From positions 177,637-241,636 of the forward strand of contig JAFPWG010000027.1 in NCBI GenBank assembly GCA_017395045.1: a stretch of 64,000 nt of DNA. The letters run 5' to 3'. A program made the position numbers and the translations under genes. This stretch comes from Bacteroidales bacterium (GTDB lineage Bacteria > Bacteroidota > Bacteroidia > Bacteroidales > UBA932). Positions within the stretch are counted from its first letter, which is position 1. Every line of letters begins with the position of its first letter. Below are positions 1 through 9,474 of the stretch, piece after piece. The notes under the pieces were generated by a model, which had not been told where the DNA came from, did not search any database, and saw only the letters and a program-made list of their open reading frames with translations.

Positions 1-584
1 GATCGTACTATGGTGCACACCTGAAGTCCTGCGCCGCAGTGATCCCTGGTGATTTCGACCGGGCTGCACCGAAGGGCTCCGGCAGCTACAAGCTGGGCGC
101 GAACTATGCGGCGACCTTCAGACCGTACAAATACGCCCACGAACAGGGTTATGCCGAGCTTCTGTACCTGAATTCCAGCACCCGCGAATACATCGACGAG
201 TTCGGTTCCTCAAACTTCTTTGCCATCAAGGGGAACAAGTATGTGACCCCCCTTTCCGACAGTGTCCTGCCGTCCATCACGAACAAGACGCTGCAGCAGG
301 TGGCGGAAGATCTGGGAATGGAAGTCGAGAAGCGCCCCGTCCGGCTCGAAGAATTGTCCGAATTCGATGAGGTGGGTGGCTGCGGTACGGCGGTCGTGAT
401 TACACCGCTGTCCCATGTCGACGTCAAGCCGGTGCTGGCGGCCCCTGAAATCTCCCGCTCCTTCCGCTTCTGCCCCGACGGGGAAGTGGGGCCGGTTTCC
501 ACGAGGCTGTACAAGTGGATCCGGGCCATCCAGGACGGAGAGGTGCCGGACGAGCACGGCTGGTGCCGGTTTGTGGAAATATAA
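1..584 (+). CDS. ilvE: branched-chain amino acid aminotransferase, C-terminal part (5' end outside window)
   Basis: Frame open to the window edge. Sequence (YKLGANY..., ELLYLNSS..EYIDEFGSSNFF..., GGCGTAVVITPL) recognised as a class IV/BCAT aminotransferase. Stop TAA 582-584. Confidence 0.8.
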   Translation, partial: SYYGAHLKSCAAVIPGDFDRAAPKGSGSYKLGANYAATFRPYKYAHEQGYAELLYLNSSTREYIDEFGSSNFFAIKGNKYVTPLSDSVLPSITNKTLQQVAEDLGMEVEKRPVRLEELSEFDEVGGCGTAVVITPLSHVDVKPVLAAPEISRSFRFCPDGEVGPVSTRLYKWIRAIQDGEVPDEHGWCRFVEI

Positions 585-590
585 AAAAAA

Positions 591-942
591 GAAGGCGGCA
601 CCGTAAGCCGCTTTCTGTTTTTGAATCTGCCATTTATCTTCGCAACCTACCCCCCGGCATCGGACGGGCCGCCCTCATCTGCCGGTATATTTGGTCTTGC
701 AGGCCTGCCGCCGTACCCGCCGTACGTCGCCGTACGGCGTCGTGGGCTCTTACCCCGCGTTTTCACCCTTTCTATATTGGTGTTTTGCTCCCTTTCGGTC
801 GCATAAACGACCAATATAGTGGTCGTTTTCTGTTACGGACGGAAAAGATTACTCCCTTCTGTGCTTTCCACAGCCAGGCGCCCTTTCCTGTGCGGACTTT
901 CCTCACCGGCTGAACCGGCGCGGCAGATCGTACCGCCTTCCG
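591..942 (-). ncRNA. rnpB: RNase P RNA (bacterial type A)
   Basis: Minus-strand read contains GAGGAAAGTCCG (P4/CR-I), AGGGTGAAAACGCGGGGTAAGAGCCCAC, and ACAGAAAGCGGCTTAC near the 3' end. 5' GAAGGCGG pairs perfectly with 3' CCGCCTTC (P1). A TACCTTTG -7 box lies at 948-955 on the minus strand and a T-run follows the 3' end. Ends approximate. Confidence 0.9.
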
Positions 943-995
943 GGTTGCAAAGGTACGAAAAAATGTCTAAATTTGGCTGATTTTTCAGCGAACCC

Positions 996-1751
996 GTGAT
1001 GAAGGCGATGAAATACCTGTTCCTCTTCCTGCTGGCCGCCGTGTCCTGCGGCAGCGCGAAAGTTCGTGAATACAAGGTGCGGGTGGTAAACGAGTATCCC
1101 CACGACGTGACTTCCTACACGCAGGGACTGTTCTTCCACGGTGGCACCCTGTACGAGACGACGGGGCAGTACGGCGAGAGTTCGCTCCGTACCGTGGACC
1201 TGTCCACGGGCGAAGCCCTTACCCGCCAGGATTTCTCCCGCAAGTATTTCGCCGAGGGTTCCGCCATCCTGGGGGACGACCTGTATATCCTTACCTGGAC
1301 CAACAAGCTGGCTTTCCGCTATGATGCGGCTACGTTGACCTACAAGTCCACGCTGGCCTATCCGCGGGAGGGATGGGGGCTGACGACCGACGGGAAGCAG
1401 CTCATCGCCAGCGACGGCAGCGCCTTCCTGTACTTCCTGGATGCCGACCTGAACGTGCTCCGGCGGCAGCGGGTGACCCTGGACGGGAAGTCGGTCCGCT
1501 ACCTGAACGAGTTGGAGTGGATAGACGGGAAGGTCTGGGCCAACGTGTACACGTCCGACCTGATCGTGGTCATCGATCCTGCGGACGGGAAGGTGGTGGC
1601 GACGGTGGATTGCAGCGGACTCCTCCCCATGAAGGATCGTTCCCCGCAGACGGATGTCCTGAACGGCATCGCCGTGGATGCGGAAGGCCGTATCTTCCTG
1701 ACCGGGAAATACTGGCCCAGGATGTATGAGATTGAACTGGTGAAGAAATAA
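996..1751 (+). CDS. glutaminyl-peptide cyclotransferase (beta-propeller, plant/bacterial type), probable lipoprotein
   Basis: YPHDVTSYTQGLFFHGGTLYETTGQYGESSLRTVDL... matches the glutamine cyclotransferase family. Signal/lipobox LLAAVSC. True start may be the ATG at 1008 (MKYLFLF). Confidence 0.8.
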   Translation: MMKAMKYLFLFLLAAVSCGSAKVREYKVRVVNEYPHDVTSYTQGLFFHGGTLYETTGQYGESSLRTVDLSTGEALTRQDFSRKYFAEGSAILGDDLYILTWTNKLAFRYDAATLTYKSTLAYPREGWGLTTDGKQLIASDGSAFLYFLDADLNVLRRQRVTLDGKSVRYLNELEWIDGKVWANVYTSDLIVVIDPADGKVVATVDCSGLLPMKDRSPQTDVLNGIAVDAEGRIFLTGKYWPRMYEIELVKK

Positions 1752-1832
1752 CATATCGGGGTATCGGGCGGCCGCCCGGTTGAGAACATACCCGTCGAAC
1801 CTGATGCGGTTCATACCGCCGGAGGAAAGTAT
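1752..1832 (+). promoter_or_regulatory. TPP (THI-box) riboswitch
   Basis: GGGGUAUC-[CGGGCGGCCGCCCGG hairpin]-UUGAGA-ACAU-ACCC-GUC-GAACCUGAU-GCGG-UUCAUA-CCGC-CGGAGGAAA follows the THI-box consensus (CUGAGA, ACCC, GAACCUGAU, AGGGAA). Putative P1 is CAUAU (1752-1756) with AUAUG (1831-1835), which includes the start codon. Confidence 0.8.
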
Positions 1833-4025
1833 ATGAAAAAAACCGTATTGACAGCGGCGCTCGCCGCAGTGTGCGTCTGCGCAGGTGCGCAGACCGTCGA
1901 GAGACTGGACAGTGTCGTGGTCTCTTCGTCCCGGGCCGGATCCAAGACGCCCGTTACCCATTCCGATGTCGGCCAGGATGCCCTCCGCGCGTCCAATCCG
2001 ATGAATTCCCTGCCGATGACCCTGAACCTCCTTCCGTCCGTGGTGACCTACAACGAAGGCGGTACCGGCCTGGGGAATTCCGCGATGACGGTCCGCGGTT
2101 CCAAGGGGTCCCAGGTGAACGTGACCCTGAACGGCATCACCCTGAACGACGCCGAGTCGCAGGAGGTTTTCTGGGTCAATATCCCCGCATTGACCGCCCT
2201 CCTATCCAGCGTGCAGGTACAGCGCGGCCTGGGAACATCCGCCAACGGCGCGGGTGCTTTCGGCGCCAGCATCAACATGAGCACGGCCTTTGTCGCCCCG
2301 GATCCTTCATTCCGGTGGGACGTTTCGGCCGGATCGTACAATACGTTCCTGACTACGGTCTCCGCGACGAGCGGCCTGCAACCCTCCGGGCTGTATTTCA
2401 ACTTGGCCTATTCCGCCGGGACGACCGACGGTTATATCCGGAACGCCGGTGTCGGATCCGCCTCGCTCTTCGCGGTGGCCGGCTGGCTGAAGGGACGGAA
2501 CTCCCTGCGGCTCACATACTTGATGGGGAACCAGCGAAGCGGGATGACCTGGGACGGCATCTCGCCGGAGATGTATGCGGTGGACCGCCGGTACAACGGG
2601 GCGGGGGAATACGTGGACGATGCGGGGAAGACCTGCTATTATCCGAACCAGACTGACAACTATGCCCAGCACCACGTGCAACTCAACTATACCCGCCGGC
2701 TGACCGACCGCCTTACATGGGCGAATACGGCGGACTATACCCGCGGAGACGGTTATGACGAATACTACAAGACCGGCCGCAAATTTGCGGAATTCGGCTA
2801 CCCTTTCTCCGACGTGGACGGCGTGAAGAAGAGCGACATGATCTACCGGAAGAAGATGGACAACAATCTGTATGTGTTCCAGTCCGACCTCCGGTACCGG
2901 TCTTCGTTCCTGAATCTGGACGGCGGAGTGAACCTCTCCCGCTACGAGGGAGGGCATTGGGGCGAGATGCTGTGGGCCCGTCTCCTGGGCGCTGCCTATG
3001 ACTATGCGTCGATGAACCGGGATTTCACCTGGTATCGGAATACCGGTCTCAAGCAGGAAGTGAATACCTATCTTCGCGCTGAGTATCAGCCGCTTCCCTG
3101 GCTTACTGCCTATGCGGACCTGCAGTACCGCCACATCGGCTACGATTTTGTGGGTGCCGATGACAAGGCGAGCGACAAACCCATCGACTATCACCAGAAA
3201 TGGAATTTCTTCAATCCCCGGGCAGGCGTAACCGCCGTTTTCGGCGCGCATAAACTGTTCGTCTCCGCGGCCGTCGGCCACCGCGAGCCGGGCCGGAGCG
3301 ACATCAAGGAGAACATCAAGGGCGAGATGATTCCCATCAAGCCCGAGTCCATGCTGGACATCGAGGCGGGGTATGCGTTCAGCGGTTCGCATTTTTCGGG
3401 GTCGGCGAATGTCTATCTGATGGAGTATGATGACATGTTGCTGGAGACGGGCCGCCTGAGTTCGTCGGGCTACGCCATCAAGGAGAATGTCGGTCGCGGC
3501 TGGCGGCGGGGTGTGGAACTGGCTGCCGCCTGGACGCCCGCCTCCTGGGCCCGGATCGACGGCAACCTGACTTTGAGCACGAACAAGCTCCGCGCCTTCA
3601 CCGCCTATGTCGAGAACTGGGTGGACGGCGGATACAATGAAGAGCTTTACGAGAATACGACGATGCTCCTCTCTCCTTCCGTCATCGGCATGGGAAGGTT
3701 GTGCCTGTCTCCGTTCCGAGGCTTCTGGAATCCTTTGACCCTGACTTTGAGTGGCAAGTATGTCGGCAGGCAGTATTGGGACAATACGCAGAATGCGGAC
3801 CGATGCATTCCGGCTTTCTTCGTTTCAGACCTTTCCCTGAGCCATTCCGTTCCGCTCTCTTTCGGGACGCTGGACGTTTCCTTCCATGTAAATAACCTGT
3901 TTGACCGGGAGTATTACGCGTATGCCTGGGTCTATCGGGCGTGGGATGGATCTGATTATCTGGAGGCTGGCTTATACCCCCAGGCTACCCGAAATTTGAT
4001 GCTGAAAGTCTCCTTAAGTTTTTAA
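1833..4025 (+). CDS. TonB-dependent outer-membrane receptor, probably thiamine-related given the riboswitch
   Basis: 730-aa ORF with a signal peptide and a plug region (VVVSSSRAGSKTPVTHSDV, MTVRGS, NVTLNGITLNDAESQ). C-terminal aromatic residue (…LKVSLSF). TPP riboswitch immediately upstream. Confidence 0.85.
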   Translation: MKKTVLTAALAAVCVCAGAQTVERLDSVVVSSSRAGSKTPVTHSDVGQDALRASNPMNSLPMTLNLLPSVVTYNEGGTGLGNSAMTVRGSKGSQVNVTLNGITLNDAESQEVFWVNIPALTALLSSVQVQRGLGTSANGAGAFGASINMSTAFVAPDPSFRWDVSAGSYNTFLTTVSATSGLQPSGLYFNLAYSAGTTDGYIRNAGVGSASLFAVAGWLKGRNSLRLTYLMGNQRSGMTWDGISPEMYAVDRRYNGAGEYVDDAGKTCYYPNQTDNYAQHHVQLNYTRRLTDRLTWANTADYTRGDGYDEYYKTGRKFAEFGYPFSDVDGVKKSDMIYRKKMDNNLYVFQSDLRYRSSFLNLDGGVNLSRYEGGHWGEMLWARLLGAAYDYASMNRDFTWYRNTGLKQEVNTYLRAEYQPLPWLTAYADLQYRHIGYDFVGADDKASDKPIDYHQKWNFFNPRAGVTAVFGAHKLFVSAAVGHREPGRSDIKENIKGEMIPIKPESMLDIEAGYAFSGSHFSGSANVYLMEYDDMLLETGRLSSSGYAIKENVGRGWRRGVELAAAWTPASWARIDGNLTLSTNKLRAFTAYVENWVDGGYNEELYENTTMLLSPSVIGMGRLCLSPFRGFWNPLTLTLSGKYVGRQYWDNTQNADRCIPAFFVSDLSLSHSVPLSFGTLDVSFHVNNLFDREYYAYAWVYRAWDGSDYLEAGLYPQATRNLMLKVSLSF

Positions 4026-4059
4026 AGAAATTTATTAAATAAACTTTTGTTCGAAAAAT

Positions 4060-4090
4060 TTTGGAGATAAAGAAAGTTTGCGTACCTTTG
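4060..4090 (+). promoter_or_regulatory. Bacteroidetes-type promoter (TTTG-N19-TAccTTTG)
   Basis: TTTG at 4060-4063, 19-nt spacer, TACCTTTG at 4083-4090. AT-rich context in an otherwise GC-rich window. No protein gene follows on this strand. Confidence 0.6.
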
Positions 4091-4096
4091 CTCTTG

Positions 4097-4229
4097 AAGA
4101 AAGGGAGATGTAAAATCCTCTTTTGGAAAGATACGCTTTTTCTAACCAGCACAATTAACCTTCTTCTGAGTAAGAATACACTACTAACTAACCGGATTAA
4201 AGCTCGCAGGGATGCGAGCTTTAATTTTT
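4097..4229 (+). ncRNA. candidate small RNA, family not recognised
   Basis: About 130 nt between the promoter above and a perfect 12-bp terminator hairpin. Low GC, no credible ORF. Internal long-range pairing CUCUUGAAGAAAGG with CCUUCUUCUGAG. 5' end inferred only. Confidence 0.45.
4197..4229 (+). terminator. intrinsic terminator
   Basis: TTAAAGCTCGCA-GGGA-TGCGAGCTTTAA (12-bp perfect stem) followed by TTTTT. It abuts the trmD stop codon (4230-4232) on the other strand. Confidence 0.8.
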
Positions 4230-4904
4230 CTAATCCAACAGGCCCGGACGGCGTTCCCGGGTACGGGCGAGCGCCTGCTCGTCCTGCCAGGCACGGATCA
4301 GCTTGGGATTGCCGGAAAGAAGGATGTCGGGAACCTTCCAGCCGTTGAATTCGGCGGGACGGGTATATACGGGAGGGGAGACCAGCCCGTCCTGGAAACT
4401 GTCGGACAGCGCGGACGTCTCGTCGGTGAGGACGCCCGGGATGAGGCGGATGATGCTGTCGGCCAGCAGGGCGGCAGGGATCTCGCCGCCGCTTACGACG
4501 AAGTCTCCCACGGAGATCTCGCGCGTAACCAGATGCTCGCGGATCCGCTCGTCGATGCCCTTGTAATGGCCGCACAGGATGATGATGTTCTCCTTGAGGG
4601 ACAGTTCGTTGGCGATGCCCTGGTCCAGGATTTCTCCGTCGGGGGCCATATAGATGACTTCATCGTAATCCCGTTCGGCCTTCAGTTCCTCGATCATCCG
4701 GAAAACGGGCTCCACCATCATCACCATGCCGGCGTCTCCGCCGTAGCAGTAATCGTCGACGGTCAGGCGCGGACCCAGTCCGTACTTCCGGAGGTTGTGG
4801 ACATGGATTTCCACCAGGCCTTTCTTGACGGCCCGGCCGGGGATGGAGTGGCTCAGCGGACTCTCGAGGAGTTCCGGTACGACGGTGAGGATGTCGATGC
4901 GCAT
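4230..4904 (-). CDS. trmD: tRNA (guanine37-N1)-methyltransferase
   Basis: [13 protein letters not shown]..., [41 protein letters not shown] are hallmark TrmD blocks. Confidence 0.95.
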   Translation of the reverse strand: MRIDILTVVPELLESPLSHSIPGRAVKKGLVEIHVHNLRKYGLGPRLTVDDYCYGGDAGMVMMVEPVFRMIEELKAERDYDEVIYMAPDGEILDQGIANELSLKENIIILCGHYKGIDERIREHLVTREISVGDFVVSGGEIPAALLADSIIRLIPGVLTDETSALSDSFQDGLVSPPVYTRPAEFNGWKVPDILLSGNPKLIRAWQDEQALARTRERRPGLLD

Positions 4905-4991
4905 GGTGTTTCCTTTGGTTCTGCAAATTTAAGTGTTTATTGCGGATTTTTTGCTATATTTGCAATCTATATGTTAAACTATTGAACACCA

Positions 4992-6938
4992 TTGATCATG
5001 AGTGAAGAAATGAAGCCTGAGGCCCTCGAAACTGTCGTCGAGACCGCAGATGTAGCACAGGAAGAGCCCGTTGTGACCGCTGAAACTGTGGAAGAGAAAA
5101 TCGAAGAGAAGACCGAAGAAGTCGTGGAAAAGGTGGAGGAGAAGGTCGAAGAAGTGAAAGAAGTCGCCGAGGAAGTGAAGGAAACCGTCGTAAACTACGG
5201 TGAAAAGACCCTTGCCGAACTTTCCGGGCTGTTCCAGGAATTGACAGAAAGCGCCGACCGGATGAAGCGTTCCAAGGAGGCTGAGGCCATCAAGTCCGCC
5301 TTCTACAAGCTGCTGTCCCGCGAGAAGGCCGAAGCCGGCCTGGATGCGGCGGTTGACGAACCCGATGCCGAATCGACGGACGAGGCCGTTGCCGAGCCGG
5401 AAGTGAACGAGACCCAGAGCCCGTTCACCGCCATCGAGGCCGGTTTCAAGTCCCTTTATAACACCTATAAGAAAGAGCGTGCCGAATACAACCGCCAGCT
5501 CGACGCCGAACGCGAGGGGAACCTGGTGAAGAAGCAGGCGATCATCGAGGACCTGAAGGCCCTGATCGACGAGCAGGGCGACATGAAGGATGCCTTCCCG
5601 AAATTCCGCGAGATCCAGAACCGCTGGCGCGAGACCGGTCCGGTCCCGCAGCAGAACTACCGTGACATCAACGATACCTATCAGCTTCACGTTGAGAAAT
5701 TCTACGACCTCGTGCAGATCAACCGCGAACTCCGCGACCTGGATTTCCGCAAGAACCTCGAGGCGAAGACCGAATTCTGCGAGCAGGCCGAGGCTCTCGC
5801 CGACAGCCCGGACGTGGTCGGAGCGTTCAAGGATCTCCAGAAGCTGCACGAACAGTGGAAGGAATTCGGCCCCGTGGCCAAGGAATTCCGCGACTCTATC
5901 TGGGAGCGTTTCCGTGCGGCGACCGCCGTCATCAACAAGAAATACCAGGCCCATTTCGAAGGCTTGAAGGAGCAGCAGGCCTCGAACCTCGAGGCCAAGA
6001 CCGCCCTCTGCGAGAAGGTCGAGGCCATCGCAGGCAAGGAGATTTCCTCCTCCAACGAATGGAACGCCCTCTCCAAGGAGATCGAGGCCATCCAGGCCGA
6101 ATGGCGCAAGATCGGCTTCGCCACCCGCAAGGACAACCAGAAGGTGTACGAACGTTTCCGCGCCGCCTGCGACCAGTTCTTCAGCCGCAAGCGCGAGTAT
6201 TACAACAGCTTCAAGGACAGCATGAACGACAACATGGCCAAGAAGCTTGCGATTATCGAACAGGCCGAGGCCCTCAAGGACAGCACTGACTGGAAGAAGA
6301 CCTCCGAGGCCCTCATCGAGCTCCAGAAGCAGTGGAAGGAAGTCGGCGCCGTTCCGCGCAAGAAATCCGAGCAGCTCTGGAAGCGTTTCCGCGCCGCTTG
6401 CGACGCCTTCTTCAACGAGCGTGACAAGCAGCCCCGGCCGGACAACGACTTCTACGGCAACCTGAAACTGAAGCGCGCCCTGATCGAGGAGATCGAGGCT
6501 TATGTCCCTGTGGATGCTGAAGCTGACGCCGAAGCCGCCCGCGGCTTTGCCGAGCGTTGGAGTGCCATCGGATTCGTCCCGTTCAAGGAGAAAGAATCCG
6601 TAGGTGCCGCCTACAAGGCTGCGATGCAGGCCAAGTTCCCCGACTTCAACCGGGGCGGCCGCCGCGAAGGCGGACGCGGCATGGCCCGCGAGCCGCGCCG
6701 CAACAATGCTCCGCTGACCGAGAAGGACAAGCTCACCCTGAAGTACAACCAGCTCCAGCAGGATATCCAGACCTACGAGAACAACATCGGTTTCTTCGGC
6801 CTGTCCAAGGGGGCTGAAACCCTGAAGGCCCAGATGCAGGAGCGCATCGACGCCGCGAAGGCCGAACTCAAGGAGCTGGAGAACCAGATCCGCGAACTGG
6901 TCGCCAAGGAGAAGGAAGCGGAGGAGAACAACGACTAA
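4992..6938 (+). CDS. DUF349 domain-containing protein
   Basis: Repeated about 75-aa units with W..G.....Q.LW.RFRAACD.FF signatures (at least 5 copies). E/K/V-rich acidic N-terminus. Confidence 0.85.
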   Translation: MIMSEEMKPEALETVVETADVAQEEPVVTAETVEEKIEEKTEEVVEKVEEKVEEVKEVAEEVKETVVNYGEKTLAELSGLFQELTESADRMKRSKEAEAIKSAFYKLLSREKAEAGLDAAVDEPDAESTDEAVAEPEVNETQSPFTAIEAGFKSLYNTYKKERAEYNRQLDAEREGNLVKKQAIIEDLKALIDEQGDMKDAFPKFREIQNRWRETGPVPQQNYRDINDTYQLHVEKFYDLVQINRELRDLDFRKNLEAKTEFCEQAEALADSPDVVGAFKDLQKLHEQWKEFGPVAKEFRDSIWERFRAATAVINKKYQAHFEGLKEQQASNLEAKTALCEKVEAIAGKEISSSNEWNALSKEIEAIQAEWRKIGFATRKDNQKVYERFRAACDQFFSRKREYYNSFKDSMNDNMAKKLAIIEQAEALKDSTDWKKTSEALIELQKQWKEVGAVPRKKSEQLWKRFRAACDAFFNERDKQPRPDNDFYGNLKLKRALIEEIEAYVPVDAEADAEAARGFAERWSAIGFVPFKEKESVGAAYKAAMQAKFPDFNRGGRREGGRGMAREPRRNNAPLTEKDKLTLKYNQLQQDIQTYENNIGFFGLSKGAETLKAQMQERIDAAKAELKELENQIRELVAKEKEAEENND

Positions 6939-6947
6939 GCCCGGACT

Positions 6948-8819
6948 ATGGACAGAAACTCTATCATCGGCTGGGTCCTGATCGCCGCCATCATGCTGGG
7001 CTTCTTCGGGTACCAGAGCCGGCAGGTGAAAAAGCAGATGGCGTACCAGGCCCAGCTGGACTCCCTGGCCGCCGTGGAGGCGTACCGTCAGGACAGCATC
7101 CGGAACGCCTATCTGGCCGAGCACCCTCAGGATACGGTAGTCGCCGCCCTTCCCGTACAGACAGCCGTTTACAGCGATTCCCTGCTGAATGCCGCCAGCA
7201 TGGCGGAAGGGGAGACGGTCTCCCTGGAGAACGACAAGCTGTTGGTCACCTTCAATACGATGGGCGGCCAGCCTTCCTCCGTCCAGGTGAAAGGATTCCA
7301 GAACTATGACAAGTCGGACCTGTACATCCTGAAGGAAGGGAAGAGCCAGCTCGGATTCGTGGTCTATGCGCCCACGGCGGTCGATACCCGGAAGTTCAAC
7401 TTCCAGTTCGTCCCCGACGCTTCCACGGACTCCACCGTCGTGATGCGCCTTCCGTTCTCCAACGGCGGGTACATCGAACAGAAGTACACCCTCCGGCATG
7501 ACTCCTATTCGGTGGACGAGACGTTGTCCTTCGTCGGGATGCAGGACCTGATCCCGCGCAACGTGGGCAGCATCGACGTGGACTTCAACGCGGTCATTCC
7601 CCGGATGGAGAAAGGCTACAAGAACGAAAGCCAGTACTCCCGCCTGAACTACTATTTCCCGGAAGACAAGAAGCCGGAGAACATCGGCAACGGCCGCAAG
7701 GGCTCCAAGCGCTTCGACAACAGGATCGAGTGGTTCGCCTTCCAGCAGCAGTTCTTCTCCGCCATCATGCGGGCTCCGAAGGACTTCACCTACGGCGAAT
7801 TCTCCATCGACTTCCTGGGCAAGGACAATGCCGACAGCGACCTTATGCGCTGTGCGGCCTCCATGCGGGCCGACATCCAGCCGGGCGCCGACCGGATCGA
7901 CATTCCCTTCGAGTTCTATTTCGGGCCCAACGACTACAAGGGCCTGAAGGCCTATGGCCACGCCTACGAAAAGGTGATTCCGCTGGGCGGCCGCATCGTG
8001 GGCCTGATTACCAAGTGGGTGATCATCCCGCTGTTCGACTGGCTGAGCAAGTTCATCGAGAGCTTCGGTCTCATCATCCTGCTGATGACCCTCTTCATCA
8101 AGCTGGTCGTCCTTCCGTTCGCTTACAAGAGCCTCTCATCCTCTGCGAAGATGCAGGTGCTCAAACCCGAGCTGGACAAGATCAACGCCAAGTATCCCAA
8201 GCAGGAAGATGCGATGAAGAAGCAGCAGGCGACGATGGACCTGTACAAGAAAGCCGGCGTGAACATGATGGGCGGCTGCCTGCCGATGCTGCTTCAGTTC
8301 CCGATCCTGTGGGCGATGTTCCGCTTCTTCCCGGCCTCCATCCAGCTGCGTCAGCAACCGTTCCTGTGGGCCGAGGACCTGAGCGCCTATGACGATGTCA
8401 TCCATTGGGGCACGAGCATCCTGGGAATGGACCACATTTCCCTGTTCGCCCTCCTGATGGCCCTGTCGATGTTCTTCTACTCCCGCGTGACGATGCAGAA
8501 CCAGAGCACGGGTGACGATCCCAATGCGAAGATGATGCGCTTCATGAGCCTTTACATGATGCCCATCATGATGTTCTTCATCTGTAACAACCTGTCTTCC
8601 GGCTTGAGCTACTACTACCTGCTTTCCAACCTCATTACGATGCTGGAGACCTGGATCATCAAGAAATGGTTCGTCCATCCCGAGGAAATCCTGGCCAAGC
8701 TGAAGGCGGCCGAAGGCAAGCCGGCGCCCAAGTCCAAGTGGCAGCAGCGCCTGGAGGAAGCCCAGAAGATGCAGCGCGAAATGCAGAAACAACAGGCCAA
8801 GAAGAATGGTAAGCGATAA
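6948..8819 (+). CDS. yidC: membrane protein insertase YidC (long Bacteroidetes form)
   Basis: N-terminal TM, large periplasmic domain, C-terminal 60KD_IMP core (LKPELDKINAKYP..., MDLYKKAGVNMMGGCLPMLLQFPILWAMF). Confidence 0.95.
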   Translation: MDRNSIIGWVLIAAIMLGFFGYQSRQVKKQMAYQAQLDSLAAVEAYRQDSIRNAYLAEHPQDTVVAALPVQTAVYSDSLLNAASMAEGETVSLENDKLLVTFNTMGGQPSSVQVKGFQNYDKSDLYILKEGKSQLGFVVYAPTAVDTRKFNFQFVPDASTDSTVVMRLPFSNGGYIEQKYTLRHDSYSVDETLSFVGMQDLIPRNVGSIDVDFNAVIPRMEKGYKNESQYSRLNYYFPEDKKPENIGNGRKGSKRFDNRIEWFAFQQQFFSAIMRAPKDFTYGEFSIDFLGKDNADSDLMRCAASMRADIQPGADRIDIPFEFYFGPNDYKGLKAYGHAYEKVIPLGGRIVGLITKWVIIPLFDWLSKFIESFGLIILLMTLFIKLVVLPFAYKSLSSSAKMQVLKPELDKINAKYPKQEDAMKKQQATMDLYKKAGVNMMGGCLPMLLQFPILWAMFRFFPASIQLRQQPFLWAEDLSAYDDVIHWGTSILGMDHISLFALLMALSMFFYSRVTMQNQSTGDDPNAKMMRFMSLYMMPIMMFFICNNLSSGLSYYYLLSNLITMLETWIIKKWFVHPEEILAKLKAAEGKPAPKSKWQQRLEEAQKMQREMQKQQAKKNGKR

Positions 8820-9468
8820 CCTTTCAGCCCTTTACGAAAAACTGCCATCAGCCGTGAAACTGGTGGCAGTTTCCAAATTCCATCCGGTCTCCCGCCTGAT
8901 GGAAGCCTATGATGCCGGCCAGCGCATCTTCGGCGAGAACCGTCCTCAGGAACTGGCCGGAAAGGTGCCCCGGATGCCGGCCGACGTGGAATGGCACTTC
9001 ATCGGCCACCTCCAGACCAACAAGATCAAACTCGTCCTTCCTTACGTTTCATTGGTCCAGTCCGTGGACTCCCTCCATCTGCTGGAGGCCATTGACCGCT
9101 GGGGCGGGGAAAACGGCCGTGTCATTGATATCCTTCTCGAACTGCACTTGGGTGCAGAAGAAACCAAGCACGGTCTTTCGGAGGAGGAGATCCTCCTTTG
9201 CTGCGGGAAGGTACCCTTTCCGTATGGAAACGTCCGTATCCGTGGCCTGATGGGAATGGCGACGAATACGGAGGACGAGGCGGTGATCGAAGCGGATTTC
9301 GCACGGATCGAGGCCCTATTCAACAAGATACGGGCGGAGCGTCCGGAGCTTCGGGATACTTTTACGGAACTGTCCATCGGCATGTCCGGGGACTGGCCAC
9401 TCGCCGTCCGGCACGGGGCGACCATGGTCCGCATCGGCACCGATATCTTCGGTCCCCGCGAATACTAG
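8806..9468 (+). CDS. yggS: YggS-family pyridoxal-phosphate-dependent enzyme
   Basis: KLVAVSKFHP (PLP lysine), FGENRPQEL, WHFIGHLQTNK, LSIGMSGDW. 14-nt overlap with the yidC end. Confidence 0.9.
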   Translation: MVSDNLSALYEKLPSAVKLVAVSKFHPVSRLMEAYDAGQRIFGENRPQELAGKVPRMPADVEWHFIGHLQTNKIKLVLPYVSLVQSVDSLHLLEAIDRWGGENGRVIDILLELHLGAEETKHGLSEEEILLCCGKVPFPYGNVRIRGLMGMATNTEDEAVIEADFARIEALFNKIRAERPELRDTFTELSIGMSGDWPLAVRHGATMVRIGTDIFGPREY

Positions 9469-9474
9469 CCTTTC

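Noticed and set aside
585-625. Apparent rho-independent terminator right after ilvE (A-run plus GAAGGCGGC...GCCGC).
   Set aside because: The stem-forming sequence is the 3' strand of the RNase P RNA P1 helix on the opposite strand. It is not an independent ilvE terminator, although it may still help terminate.
5040-5200. Repetitive GAA/GAG/GTC-rich DNA that looks like a tandem repeat.
   Set aside because: It encodes the E/K/V-rich acidic N-terminus of the DUF349 protein in frame. It is a low-complexity coding region, not a discrete repeat element or CRISPR.
4974-7961. 995-aa ORF on the minus strand spanning the trmD-DUF349 intergenic region, the DUF349 gene and part of yidC.
   Set aside because: It is antisense to two genes with unmistakable family signatures. 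Its composition (G/L/V/E/D/R/A-rich, repetitive) is typical of the mirror frame of GC3-rich genes, and no motif is recognisable.
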